Positions 63,908 to 64,000 of a stretch of DNA of 64,000 bases are shown here, piece by piece. Source of the stretch: a virus; the IMG/VR virus record IMGVR_UViG_3300042445_001604, positions 19,367 to 83,366 of that record. One strand, 5' to 3'. A model generated the notes under the pieces. That model worked only from the letters and a program-made list of their open reading frames with translations, ran no database searches and had not been told where the DNA came from. Numbering within the stretch: the first letter of the stretch is position 1; the number at the start of each line of letters is the position of its first letter. A program made the position numbers and the translations under genes.

Positions 63908-64000
63908 GTGAGTTTACTAACGAGGGTTTTAACATTGGCTATCTGACAGGCAAACTGTCTGAGCGTGAACGCATCCTCGAACTACTCAAAGAGGAGTTCG
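63904..64000 (+). CDS. ERxRII-family small protein (truncated by window end)
   Basis: MSEFTNEGF...SERERILELL. Confidence 0.65.
   Translation, partial: MSEFTNEGFNIGYLTGKLSERERILELLKEEF

Overview
This window is a 64-kb piece of a large tailed dsDNA phage (siphovirus-like morphogenesis genes). The host is most likely actinobacterial, inferred from ClgR-like, DUF1360-like and DUF2637-like genes and many leaderless genes. Positions 1-27.5 kb are a minus-strand virion module: tape measure, tail assembly chaperones, tail and neck genes, major capsid, a 2216-aa mosaic prohead-protease polyprotein, a 2249-aa HExxH protein and portal. At ~27.6 kb the composition changes abruptly into a ~650-bp CAGCC-rich non-coding repeat tract, a candidate genome end. 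From 28.3 to ~50.8 kb lies an array of ~50 tiny, mostly monocistronic expression cassettes. Each has a sigma-A-type promoter, a conserved ACGACGAAAGGA leader/RBS and usually a GC hairpin terminator. The spacers carry 22 copies of an orientation-independent 19-bp site (CTCAAAAAANNTRTACTTT) and a strand-polar CCGCG motif. The terminase large subunit gene sits inside this array, tightly bracketed by an inverted pair of the 19-bp sites. One cassette appears to express a ~165-nt double-pseudoknot non-coding RNA rather than a protein. The right part holds a MoxR AAA+/vWA pair, a CHAP-like protein lacking its catalytic Cys, a terminase-small-like gene, an M23 peptidase and small paralog families. All family assignments come from motif recognition by eye; no database search was run.
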